Positions 52,692 through 64,000 of a stretch of DNA of 64,000 bases are shown piece by piece (positions within the stretch are counted from its first letter, which is position 1; the number at the start of each line of letters is the position of its first letter). The notes under the pieces are model-generated. The model was not told the DNA's origin, did not search any database, and worked only from the letters and a program-made list of their open reading frames with translations. Position numbers and translations under genes: made by a program. The DNA is from Dicyema japonicum (taxonomy: Eukaryota; Animalia; Dicyemida): contig RDEW01000055.1 of assembly GCA_011109175.1 (NCBI GenBank), positions 201,516 through 265,515 of the forward strand, in the 5' to 3' direction.

Positions 52692-53436
52692 ATGATCAGC
52701 CAAAGGAGACCGTTTCTGGTGTTATGTATGATAGAATTTATTAATTTTTTTAATTTATAATGATATTTTTCATTTATTTTTTTAAAAAAAAAACAATTCA
52801 TTACAAACAAGACAATCAAAATAATCCATTTGTAGGGTGGAAATTAAATAATGATGCACCTCACTATTGCTTTATCTTTTATTTATTCATTCGCATCTAT
52901 GACATGATTTATTTAGTCACGATTAACGTTCACTCTACCTGCAGGGTGCAGGCCAAAATGGTCAATCTGGTCCCAACATATGCACACTGACTTTCAATCC
53001 GAATGAGATCCAAATAAGAACTCATACATCATCCAGTAGGTACCCAAAACTCTACTAGGAAAGGCGTTGAGTCAGTCTTCACTTCTGAAAAACACCCTGA
53101 CAACAAATAAGCATGACAGTCACGGTTAGATGGCACCAGTAGATCTTCTAATAACATACGTCCAGAACCCGTTGAGAGTTCAAGGAAAAGGAGAAATACA
53201 GGTAGATACGGTGTCACGTGCAAGACCGACGTTCTGATTTGTAGAGAATTTGGCGAGGGTTTGTAAAATTTTCTTAACGTTAAAATAAATTTTGTAAATC
53301 AATACGACGTTAATAACAGTGGACATCACCCACTAAATAATAGGTCGAAATTTGATTTTGTGTAACGTTAAATAGATTATTAAAATCAATTAGGCGTTAA
53401 GATATAAAAATTGATATTTTAATTTTTATAATGAAC

Positions 53437-53727
53437 TCGACCCTCGCAACGATTTTAAAAATTTTTCTAAGAAAATTTAGGATTCGAACCCATGAACCTT
53501 CAGATCCGGTGTCATCAGACGTTGTACGTTCAAGCTGAAGGCCCGATGAGACGATCAGAAGTTTTTTTTTTTTATAATTTCTTCAATAAGAAATTACAAA
53601 ACAAGTATTATTGAAACAAAAAAAACAGTTAGAAAAAATTGCTCTTCAAAATTATTGATTTTATTTTTTTTCAAATTGGACACAAAATTCTAAAAAACAA
53701 AAATGGCCAATTTGCGAGGGTCGATGT
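53437..53727. mobile_element. MITE with pogo-like TIRs
   Basis: tcgaccctcgcaa (53437) and ttgcgagggtcga (53712-24), followed by tgta; absent from the homologous position in cassette copy 3. Confidence 0.65.
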
Positions 53728-54329
53728 ATCTTTGAAGTGAGATTTTGTGTAGAAATATTGAGTTAGAAAATAATTGTTAAGATTGACACGTTAGAGAACA
53801 CGTCGGTAGTTCCTCGATACAAAATAAATTATAATTGCTTATATTAATGTTAAATTTAGGAAACTTTAGTGAAAAACGATAGCCTGTTCAGATAATAGCA
53901 CGTGCCTGTAGCGAGGAAACAAATCGAGATTATGAGGTAGTTGCGGAGAGAGGTTATGATTACTTGGTTGTATTTTTTTGATTGTAATGTAATGGTTACC
54001 TTTAAATAAACATAAGATTTGAAGTTAACACTATGTTACGGACAAAGCCTGACTGTTTACTGCATTTGATATATTTTAAAAATAGATTAAAGGTAAACGC
54101 TTCGTTAGGGTATGTATAAGTTTACCTTGTATGCAGAGAATCAGAAATTCCGGTGAAACATAAATATTTAATAGTTTACCTTTCTGACAATTAAACTGCA
54201 GGTTAATTAGTCAGACCGCACATATCAAATTCCAAAAGTTGATATTCATATCTTTGTAAAAAATTAAATAAATATAACTCGCTTCCAGTTTCTGCTTAGC
54301 CAGTTGTGTTGTATATTCGTTTAGTGCGA

Positions 54330-55560
54330 CTTTATTCCATTAAATATGAGTAAAGACAAGGTGGAGTATTTTCTGTCACCAAGACAAAGTGGTTTCCGGT
54401 CAGGCAGATCCACTGCCGATGTCGTTTGGACACACAGATGGTCAAGTGCTCTATGCCAAAAATATAAAAAGTGCATAAATGTTCTCGGAATAGACATGTC
54501 CAGAGCGTTTGACTCGGTTCATAGAGGCAAACTTCTTGAAGTACTCACAAGCTTCCTAACAACGGATGATGTCAAAATTATACAAAAACTACTGCAGAAT
54601 ACGCAACTAGCAACCAAACTCGGAAAAACTACTTCAGAATTCTTTTATACTTCACGTGGAATTCCGCAAGGAGACTCTTTGTCACCAGTTCTATTCATAA
54701 TCTACCTGGAGGCTGCACTGAGAGATTTCAGGCCTTTAATTGAGAACAACAAAATAATCGAGTTAATATATGCAGACGATCTTGACTTTGTTTCTGAAGA
54801 TGTTGAAATTCTTCATCACGTTCTCAAGAACTTACCAAATGCCTTTTCTAAATGGTTCTTAGTTGTCAACCAAGACAAAACTGAATATACAAAACTTGTA
54901 CGAGTTGTACGCACTTACGATGAATCATGGAGAAGGCATAAAAAAGTTGGTTCACTACTTGGAGACTCAGAAGATGTTACCCACAGAAAAATCCTTTCCA
55001 CTGCTGCATATAAAAAATTCTTAACTATCTGGCGTTCTAAGAAGAGCATAACTACGAATACAAAGCTAAAATTGTATAAAACATTCGTGGTTCCAGTCCT
55101 GACATACAACTGTGGGACATGGGGGATTACGAAACGGGAAATGGACAATCTGGATCAATTTCATAGAAATCAACTAAGAAACATCTTGAGAATACATTTC
55201 CCGAAAAAGATATCAAATTCAGAACTGTACAAAAGATGTGGCTTAAGGCCATTATCAGAGGAGATTCTCAAGGCTAGGTGGAGACTTTTTGGTCACATCT
55301 TACGAATGGATATGTTGACTCCACCAAACATTGCAATGGAGAACTATTTCGCACAACTGAAGGGATCATTCCGTGGCAGGCCTAGAGTGACGTTGCCTTC
55401 AGTACTAAATGATGACCTAATCCGAATAAACAAAACTCTACGAAATGGTCAAGATCTTGACTCACTACGAGCAATGGTCCGGAACAGGGGAACAGGAAGA
55501 GGATGTGTGGGAGGATACTGGACGTGGCACAAGGGGAACTTAATTAATCTAATTAATTTT
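54330..55560 (+). mobile_element. RTE-clade LINE, 5'-truncated, with an uninterrupted 405-aa RT ORF
   Basis: QSGFRSGRSTAD, GIDMSRAFDSV, GIPQGDSLSP, YADD, RWRLFGHILR and RGRPR. Confidence 0.93.
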
Positions 55561-56189
55561 TGATTTCACGGGAGTGCTTAAAAAATAAACAAATATCACA
55601 TGTTTCTTGACAATTCTTAGTCCGTTAATTAATTCTTTTAGGCAATTAATTCTCTTAAATCTGGAAAACCTTCATAAATCATTATTTTTAAAGAAGTGAA
55701 TTAAACACGGATGACTAGTAATCGTTAAATGATTTCACATTATTTTTTTGATAAATTAACTTTGTTGTCTGAATGAACAATAAACTATTGGAGAATGTAT
55801 TTCACAGATTCTACCTCCTTTACAGAACAACTGAAGGCGCAAAGTGAATCATTAATATATCTTCTATTTAAGGATGCAACAGAACGTAGATGTGGGGATA
55901 ATGCATCGGTGTAAATTCTATGTTATTCTTTAAGGCTAAAATTATTTTAACGTTAATTAGGGGTGATAAAGTTAATAATAAAATTTAACAAATTCTGTTT
56001 TTTTTCATTATTTTTAAGCGTTCTCCGTTTAAAAAATTATAATGATTCGAAAAACTAATCAACATATAATCAAGAGTAAATAAAGCTTAATATCTTCTTT
56101 TGGTTCCAGGATTGGTCATTTCCCAAGATCTTTTTCTTCCATCACTCGTCTCTGGCTCATTGTTCGACTTTTCGAGCGCGTTACATCTG

Positions 56190-56330
56190 GTTTGTTCATA
56201 ATCTTTGTATCAGTAGTTATAGTTGAGTCAACTCTGATCTCAACAGCTTCATTAGCCACTACAGATTGGACCGAATGGTTCTTCAATTTCTTCGACTGCT
56301 TGATTCCGAATTGGCGACACAGTTGCATTT
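56190..56330 (-). mobile_element. R4/Dong-like fragment
   Basis: QFGIKQSKKLKNHSVQSVVANEAVEIRVDSTITTDTKI.NKPD, homologous to 21540-21670. Confidence 0.7.
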
Positions 56331-56339
56331 TATTTTCTA

Positions 56340-57050
56340 GAGAACTAAAAATTTTTGCGATAACCGATGAAACTCAAATCCGAAACAAAGAATATGTCTC
56401 GGTTTTGATGCGACCTAACTAAAATTATTAATATGGAATGTAAAAATGTCTCTCCTGAAGATTATTTGTCCCTTTTATATTGTCAGCCATCCTCGGCATC
56501 TGTCGAACGATGTTTTTCGAAATTCAAGAGTTTTTTGAAGACAAACGAAAACTTTTGTACACGAAATCGAGAAAATTACGTGATTTCCATTTTCAAAAAA
56601 TAGTCTTTAAAACAACATTTGTCTTTTATTGTTTCGCATCTATATTTTACAAGTTTAAATTGAGAATAAATAGAGTTAATTTGTTTTAATTTTTAGGTAA
56701 AAAAGTTTGGTTTATAGGTTAATATAGTTAACCTTTTAATTTTAAATTTTGAAAAAATTTAAAAAAAATTGATTCACAATGAAACAAGCAGATGATGGTT
56801 TAGAATCGTTGGAATTTCGAAATGACAGCAAATTTATTAAAGAATACATAAATTAAAGGCTTCAAATAAATGATATTTCAAACATAATTAAAATGACTAA
56901 TTCACACATATTTCCTGCCGAGTATTCATTACTCCTGAAATGTCAGCCAACTTTGTGCTCGGTTGAACGATGTTTCACTGAGATAAAGAATTTTCTAAGA
57001 TCAAACCGAAATTTTCCACCAGAAAATTATGTAATTTGTAAGTATAACAA
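56340..57050 (+). mobile_element. Two tandem hAT-like transposase C-terminal remnants
   Basis: CQPSSASVERCFSKFKSFL (about 56481) and CQPTLCSVERCFTEIKNFLRSNRNF (about 56941). Confidence 0.6.
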
Positions 57051-57571
57051 AAAGTTTTAGTGTGTTTATTGTTTAGTTATAAAGTTAATTTTTAAGTTAA
57101 AAAATCGCCCTAGTAATGACAGAGTTTATGGTTACTAACAATTAAGGCAAGTGAAATTCGATAGAAATTTCCACCGATGTTTTTAAGCAACTGTGCTCAA
57201 GAGATCCCTTAACTGTGTCTCATGACTCATATCATGCGAATCCTCTTGTATGTCCATAGAGCAAGAAGATAATAGAAATGACTATTAAAAATCACCGTTA
57301 AAAGAGGAAACAAAGAAATCTAAAAAACTGATTAGTCTGGATAGTTCTCTTTTCACAATGAATGTATTTGTTTGAATGAACAAGTTTTTTGTGTATAGTA
57401 AATTTCAAAAAATTTCAAACTACTAAAGGATCTGGAAGCTAACAAAATTTAGAATTAATCAAAGATTTGAAACCAAATTCCCCAAAGTCATATTACACGC
57501 ATCAAAAATAATTGCCAAATAATTTCTGCTTATAAGCAGTTTTGTCAACGATTATTTACAATTTTGATTAA

Positions 57572-58455
57572 ATGAATTTTCTGTTTTTTGCATTATTTTC
57601 TCCTTTTGTCGGTAATTTATTTTGAAAACAATTTCAGAGAACAGGCATTTAAACAAAAGATTTGATGTCGCCGTTGTTTTTAGTAAAAAAATTGTTTATT
57701 TAATATTTTAAATTTAGGAAGTCGGTTTCCAGTATAATTTTTATAAAGAAAAAAGTACATAAATAATTTGTTCAATTTGTCTCAAAAAGTATACACTTAT
57801 TCATATTTCAGTTTTTTGGAGCAATCAAAATACAATTAAACCTTAAAACAATATACCATACTTTCGAAAATTTGCCAATTAATACTAACAGTGCTGCTAC
57901 ATACGCACAGAAGAAAAAATATTTTAGTGGAGTGGACGCAGTTTTATTCTTTGAGTAAATATTCAAACTGATTCTCAGAGATGTTTATGTCAAACATGAA
58001 GGGGGTGGAAATATTTTAGGAGCTGCATTGATAAAAACTGTTTGTACATTTCGAGCAATAGCAATTGTTTATAAAAAATCGACTGATGAAAGCACTTCAG
58101 AGACTATGTCTCATGAGCTATTCCACGTACTTGGGTTTAAGCACGTCGGAGATACTGCAAGTAATTGCAATAGAAATTGTTTAATGAATCGTTATGTTGG
58201 AAACAAAAAGTATAAATTTTTTTTATAATTTTTATACATGTTTCAAAATTAACAATCGACACTGCATTCAAAAACAAATGGAAGTGCCTTGCACCAAGTA
58301 ATGATTTGTTGTAATTTTTGTAAATGTTCATAATGATGTCCCCAATAATGAAGGGGCCGCCGATGATAATAAGTCAACTGGAGCTAATTTCTGGATTTAC
58401 GCCTTTCTTCTTTTCCTGGTAAAATATTTTCATTATATTTTAGGGTCTTAATTAG
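57572..58455 (+). CDS. Metzincin metalloprotease, diverged paralog 4 (possibly a pseudogene)
   Basis: MNFLFFALFSPFV, HELFHVLGFKH and CLMNR; same intron positions, but the acceptors of introns 5 and 6 read AT and AA; an indel in exon 3. Confidence 0.75.
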
Positions 58456-59114
58456 ATTATTAACCATTACTAACTTTATAACAAAACTATAAAATGTGTG
58501 TTCTGCCTCGTGGACCGATAGCTAGTGTAGCTCCTCGTAAAGTGCATTATAATTATTATCATCCTGCAATCATCTCCTAGTAGAAATTTTAAATTAGTTT
58601 TAGCGCCCATTCTCTTAATTCAGAAATCAACTAGGATAATTTTTATGATTGCCAATTATAATTTTAATATAAACCTAAGTGATTTTTCAATAACAAATAG
58701 AATCTTTCATAAAAATCAATACGCGACTGGGATATCAAATAGAAGATTTTTATAAAATACTGAGTAGTTATTGAAGATAACTGAAAACCTTATGTTAAAA
58801 CCTCAAAACATAATAATTTCTCGATAAATTGTTAATTGCTTTTTCACGTTGTATTATGCTAATATTACAAATACATCTCTGAACCCACACATTAATATGA
58901 ATCATAATTTTTTATTATTAGTATTAAGATATAGCCAATTTAGCTTTACGGAACCAATTATTCATCCATCTTTAATTATAGTAATCTTAATTGTTTTAAA
59001 TGCTGATATTTATATTTTTAAATTTAATGATATTAACTTGCTTCCTGCAGCGTCTGATCCATTTGTATTATAGATCATTAATTAGTTTAAATATATAGCT
59101 AATATATCATAAGG

Positions 59115-59630
59115 ATTGCACCCGCTGTCCTGCAGAAGAAGCGCCGGAAGGGGACCACGTCATGCTGCTCTGAATGATGTGATCGTCAGAGCTCTGAAAG
59201 CTTCAGGCTTCCCAGCACAGCTTGAACCAGTGGGTCTTGATCGAGGAGATGGGAAGAGACCTGACGGGATGACCCTTTTCCCTTCACGTCTGGAAGATCT
59301 TTGGTCTGGGACGCAACTTGCATAGACACGTTCTCAAGCACGAACATTTTTAAATCTGTTCAGACACCTGGAGCAGCTGCTTCGACCCGCGGAAAACCTA
59401 AAAATCAAGATATTCTTGCCTCGGGGATCGCTACCGATTTACTCCTGTTGCGACCGAGAATCATCGGGAGCCGTTGGTCCAATGACGGCTGAATTCTTGC
59501 AAGAACTCGGAGGATTGCTTGCCAGAAAGAAAAGGGATCAACGAGAAGGGCTATGGCTAAGACAAAGATTGGAATAGCCATACTCCGAGGGAACTCGTTC
59601 GCAATCCCACGCAGCAGTCTTCCTCAACTG
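59115..59630 (+). mobile_element. CRE-like element 3' fragment, followed by a poly(A) run at about 59666-59688
   Basis: [27 protein letters not shown] and VWDATCIDT. Confidence 0.88.
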
Positions 59631-60017
59631 ATATTTGTTTAATTGTTAAAAAAATTTTTTAATTTAAAAAAAAAAAAAAAAAAAAAAATATCATAAATCA
59701 TTAAAATCATGAAAATTTGTTTGCAAAAGTCAATTAAACATGGATGGGTAAAAATGATTTTTAAATTAATTTTTCGATTAATTAATTTTATTTTCTGAAT
59801 AAAAAAGTATTCGGAATATGTTCTCCACACTACTCTTTACAGAATTACTATTGATATGCTGAGTCTCCAATTGAATCAGTAATAGATCCTCTATTTAAAG
59901 AAGCAACAGTCCTAGATATTCGGGATAATGCATCTTTGCAAAGTCTATATTATTATGAATGTGAAAGTATATCATTACTAAATTTTTTTAAGATAATATT
60001 TAACAGAGAAACAAATA

Positions 60018-60540
60018 TTATTTGAGGAAGCCGGCTGCGTGGATCGCGAACGAGTTCCCTAGGAGTATGTCCATTCCAGTTTTTTGTCTGAGCCAGTACC
60101 CTTCTCGTTGATCCCTTTTCTTTCTGGCAAGCATTCCTCCTAGTTCGCGCAAAAACTCAGCCGTCATTGGACCAACGGCTCTCGATGACTCGACCGCAAC
60201 AGGTGTAAATCGGTACCGGTCTCCGAGGCAAGAATATTTCTTGATTTTTAGGTTTTCCGCGGTTGAAACAGCTGCTCCTAATGTGTAAACCGATTTTAAA
60301 AGATTCGTGCTTGAATATGTGTCAACATAAGTTGCGTCCCAGACCAAAGATCTTCCTGTTGTGTAAGGGAATAGAGTCATCCCGTCAGGTCTCTTTCCAT
60401 CTCGATCGAGACTCACTAGTTTATGTTGTGATGGGAAGCCTGTAGCCTACAGAGCTCTGACAATCACATCGTTTAGAACAGCGTAACGTGGTCTCTTCCA
60501 ACGCTTCTTGTGCAGGACAGCCGGTGCAATCCTTTCGCAT
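60018..60540 (-). mobile_element. CRE-like element 3' fragment (inverted relative to 59115-59630)
   Basis: [30 protein letters not shown]. Confidence 0.88.
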
Positions 60541-60899
60541 CGACTATTTTCCCTTCACCGGCATCGGTGTTCCTGGCAAACGTCTAGTTCTAGTCTCTGT
60601 CCGCTTCCAATCCTCAAAAAGTCATCGTCCAAAAAAGTCCCTAATCCCTAAAGGAATACGAATTTCCGCAGTATCGTGTCTTTCAGATGCCATTGATCAT
60701 GCACTTTCCTCTGACAGTTGGGAATCCCGTCGCACTCGGAATACCTACAACGGAATCTGAAGACAATAATAAAGAAACAAACTCCCAGCTCAACTTATCC
60801 GGGAAACTGAAACGAAACATAATGAATTTCAGCATTCATAACATACACGCAATACTTGAACAGTCACTTCATGTCAATGATGTCGAAACCATATGAGCA

Positions 60900-62150
60900 T
60901 ACACTAAAGATGTCTCAAACAAACTAAAGAAGTGAGTAAACCGGAAACTTCTGGAGGGCGACTGAGGGCAGTTTTACGGTTATCACGTCTGATGACACTG
61001 TATTGTCTTGTATTCCCGAAATCCTAAATACCTTAACACTGAAGCACCCTGAAAAGTTTTTGAGTCCTGAAGGAAACCCAGAGATTATCATTACCGAATC
61101 CGAAATGCGCTGCGGAATAGTTTTCTTCACCACCAGCAGCGGCTTGGAAGGGTTACGTCCTGGCTATATTAAGAACCTTACGTCCACTTACACCTCGGAG
61201 GCTGGACGCTGTCTTGTCAAATCAATTACGGACCTAATCAGAAAGATGGTTAACGGTGACATCCCAGAATATGCCAGAGAATTGCTCTTCTCCGCAAGGC
61301 TACTTGCATTCAAAAAAACCAATGGGGGAATCTGCCCCATTGCGGTCGGGAACTATTTCAGAAGACTTGCAGCAAAGGTAGCATCGACCCTGATGAGCCA
61401 ACAACTTAGAGAGGAGTTCGTTCCTAAACAAATGAGTGTTAGTATCCAGACGGATGTGAGGCTGCGTTTCATGCAGCAAGGCGTTTCTTCACATAGAAAT
61501 ATTTCAAATAAATGCATTGGAATCAAGTTGGACATAAAGAATGTACTCAATAAATTATGGAAACGTGTTGGAAGGGCTCCAAAGCTTTTCCCTTTGTCAA
61601 ATTATCCTATGGGAAGATACGTCTGGTTTTTGAAAATGAAAATATTAAATCAAAAACGGGGTCCAACAAGGAGATCCTCTCGGACCTCTCTTATTTACCT
61701 GATCATTGATGATGTTGTGAGATCAATTGATGCACAGCTAAATCTCTGGTATCTCGACGATGCCACAATTGGAGGATGATTCAAAGAAACTTACAATTCA
61801 CTACGTAAAGCGTTACCCGCTTTAAAACACTTGGGCTTGGACATCAATGTTAACAAATCCGAGCTAATAAATGTCTCATATCCAAACACCGACTTCTCTC
61901 TATCAAAGAGTCTTTTAACGAACTGCTCCTGGGATCCTGACTGTGCCAGTTGATAAATTATATTTCCTCGGATGCCCACTCAGCGAAGAAGAACTCAAGA
62001 ACCATATACTTTCCAAAACACGCCTCGCGAAAAGATCGTCATGTCTCGACTCTCACACATCCTTCTTCCTGATGAGAAACAACATCGGACTACCCAAGCT
62101 TTTATATCTACTCCGATGTTCATTCTGCTACGAACAATACGACAGTCTAG
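60900..62150 (+). mobile_element. CRE-like element RT region, decayed
   Basis: GLEGLRP, ARLLAFKK..GICPIAVG..RRLAAK, WYLDD, FLGCP and LPKLLYLLRC. Confidence 0.88.
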
Positions 62151-62539
62151 CTGGAGAAGCCTCCGGGTCTCACGTACGTCTTGGCTCTTAGTGTAGCTAG
62201 GCGTCCAATTTTCTTTAGGATTCATAGCGATTTTCCACTTATTTTCCAGTTGTCTCGACCACAGAGAGATAGAAAGCGAATCGCGCTTCGAAATTCTTCT
62301 CTGCTCTCATCTTTCTTCAGTGGCATGGAGTGTGTTTACCTCGCTCCCAACAATGTTGGATTGGCAAAGGGGGTCGACACAAGTAGCATCCCAGACCAAA
62401 CAAAAATTATCATACAGTACGACCCCGCCCCAATAAAACCGCGGCCTTGGGGCACCCTCTGTGGGGAGATTTTTTGTTAATAAATATTATTTTGAATGAT
62501 TTTTTACATTTTTTGACCAATAGGAAGCCTAAATTTAAA

Positions 62540-64000
62540 ATACAAAACTCCGCTTATTGGGCCACTTTTTCAGTCGATAATATTAAAATTTATTATTTCA
62601 TTTTTATCTTTATTTAATTAATTTTAAAATATTTTTAAACATGACTGCGAAGCTCGCCACCTGAAACAGAAGATTTCCGATTTTTTAATGAAAGAAAATA
62701 GCATAGTGGTTAGGTGTCGGGCTAAAGTGGCTTAGGTTATGGGTTCGTTTTCCCCTACTGTTCACCTGGTGGAAGGTTCCACGCATCTACGATGCTAAAA
62801 GGGTTTGACGAGTGACGCCGTCATCAGTGGATACTCACTGCGGAACTGGATTGTCTAGAAAGGACCCACACACAAGAAAAAAGAAGTGAAGATCATTCCT
62901 TGGTTCTACGATTAGTTAAAATTAACTGTTCTTTACTTAAGTAAAGTGTGTGTCCTGCCTATGCGGAGCTATAAATATTATGGCTCTCGTGAAAAGGTTT
63001 TAAAAAAATATGTCGGAAAAAAATTTTTTTCAATTATACGATATTGGAAAAGGAAATGTCTCACGAATTAAAAAAGAACTCGGAAAAGGGTATTCAAAAC
63101 ATAAATATGCTCTGGTGAACTCTCATCTAAGAAGTTCGAATCAGATCTTTCTATTCGAATTGATCGATTAGTATTCGAAGTCTAAAAAATTTGAGAGAGG
63201 ATGGTTTTTCAGTTTCAGGATTTTTCCTCAAATCTATTGCAAGAAAATTGCAGCTAACCTTGACTTCAATAATTTCAAATATCAAATGGATGGTTGGATC
63301 GATTTAAAAAGTGCCATGAATTATTGTTCAAAGTAAATTCGGGTGAAAAGAACTCATGTGACAGAAATAGAGTCAAGATTTTTTACGAGAAAAAAATATT
63401 TTCAAATGCGACGAAACCTCTCTTTTTGTTAAAAAATTCATGTAAATCATTTGTCTCTTCAAATGATGATTGTTTTGGTAAAACGAAAAGCAAAGAACGA
63501 TTTTCAGTTCTTTTATGCTGCAGTCTTAAAGATGAGAAATTAAAGCCCCTTGAAGGTGAGAAATTTAAATCGCCAAGATGCTTATAAAATATACAAACTG
63601 AGGATTATGGGGTATATTTCATTAGGTTATTTTTAGGTTTTGTACACAGCGTCGAAAAATGCTTGGATGACGACTTATATTTTTGATAAATGGTTACAAA
63701 AAAAACTTTGAAATGGTCAAAAAACAGAAAAAATTTTGATTCTTATGGATAATGCACGGTGCCACAAATTTTAAGAAAATTCAAACTTATTATTTCTTAA
63801 ATTTGCTAAAAATACAACAGCACTTCTTCAACCTTTAAATCTGGGGATCATAAACTCTTTCAAAACATACTATAACAACGTTCTTTATGAAATGATATGC
63901 CTAACTGATTATTTCTCATAAAATAAATCCTCTTTTTTATCGAAACAACATATTTTGTTATTAAAAATACAAATAGTAGCTTTAAAATGTAAGAATTATA
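62540..64000 (+). mobile_element. pogo/Tigger transposon, decayed, runs off the window
   Basis: SNGWLDRFKK, KSKERFSVLLCC, NAWMT, ILMDNARCH and NTTALLQPL..GIINSFK; possible TIR near 62541. Confidence 0.82.
62697..62886 (+). mobile_element. tRNA-derived SINE
   Basis: A box TAGCATAGTGGTTAGG, B-box-like GGTTCGTTTTCC, GC-rich body and A-rich tail; a second copy at 564-740. Confidence 0.65.

Larger units (their letters stand above)
53130..58470 (+). repeat. Protease cassette, diverged copy 4, interrupted by MITE, RTE, R4 and hAT insertions
   Basis: Collinear but clearly diverged match to about 17680-20270 once the insertions are removed; a further diverged scrap lies at about 59700-59960. Confidence 0.85.

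Noticed and set aside
53480-53545. Intron-containing tRNA gene or hammerhead on the minus strand
   Set aside because: A B box is present but there is no acceptor or D arm and the T stem is broken; CTGATGA is not followed by stem II-GAAA.
59890-59945. Minus-strand DALSR as a gypsy RNase H motif
   Set aside because: Five residues only, not kept in frame in homologous copies, and no LTRs or other pol motifs.
62790-62850. Hammerhead ribozyme (minus-strand CTGATGA..AAAC)
   Set aside because: The GAAA core is missing and no stem III or cleavage triplet could be paired.

Overview
AT-rich animal (metazoan) nuclear DNA with extremely short spliceosomal introns (about 20-28 nt), most consistent with a dicyemid mesozoan; the organism call is inference. 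Host genes: a complete HYDIN (27691-43570, roughly 80-85 tiny introns traced by hand, two GC-AG), a PITALRE kinase CDK9 (51559-52691), and four paralogous small secreted-type metzincin proteases (M12B/reprolysin-like, HELFHVLGFxH) on a duplicated cassette of about 3 kb. Most of the rest is nested transposon debris: RTE, CRE-like, R4/Dong-like and Ingi/Vingi-like non-LTR elements; pogo/Tigger, hAT and Ginger-like DNA transposons; a tRNA-derived SINE. The most interesting structure is a full-length Vingi-like LINE (43976-46998, flanked by a TSD) with a 5' pseudoknotted RNA motif, then a 2A StopGo peptide, APE and RT. A short non-autonomous partner family in the same window carries that pseudoknot with compensatory base changes plus the LINE 3' tail. 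The fold has HDV-ribozyme-like topology but a non-canonical core. Second, the protease paralogs have lost the AG acceptor of the intron before a hydrophobic tail exon in two different ways (CG and AA). Scattered 1-nt homopolymer indels suggest long-read assembly errors. All gene models, folds and identities were worked out by eye.
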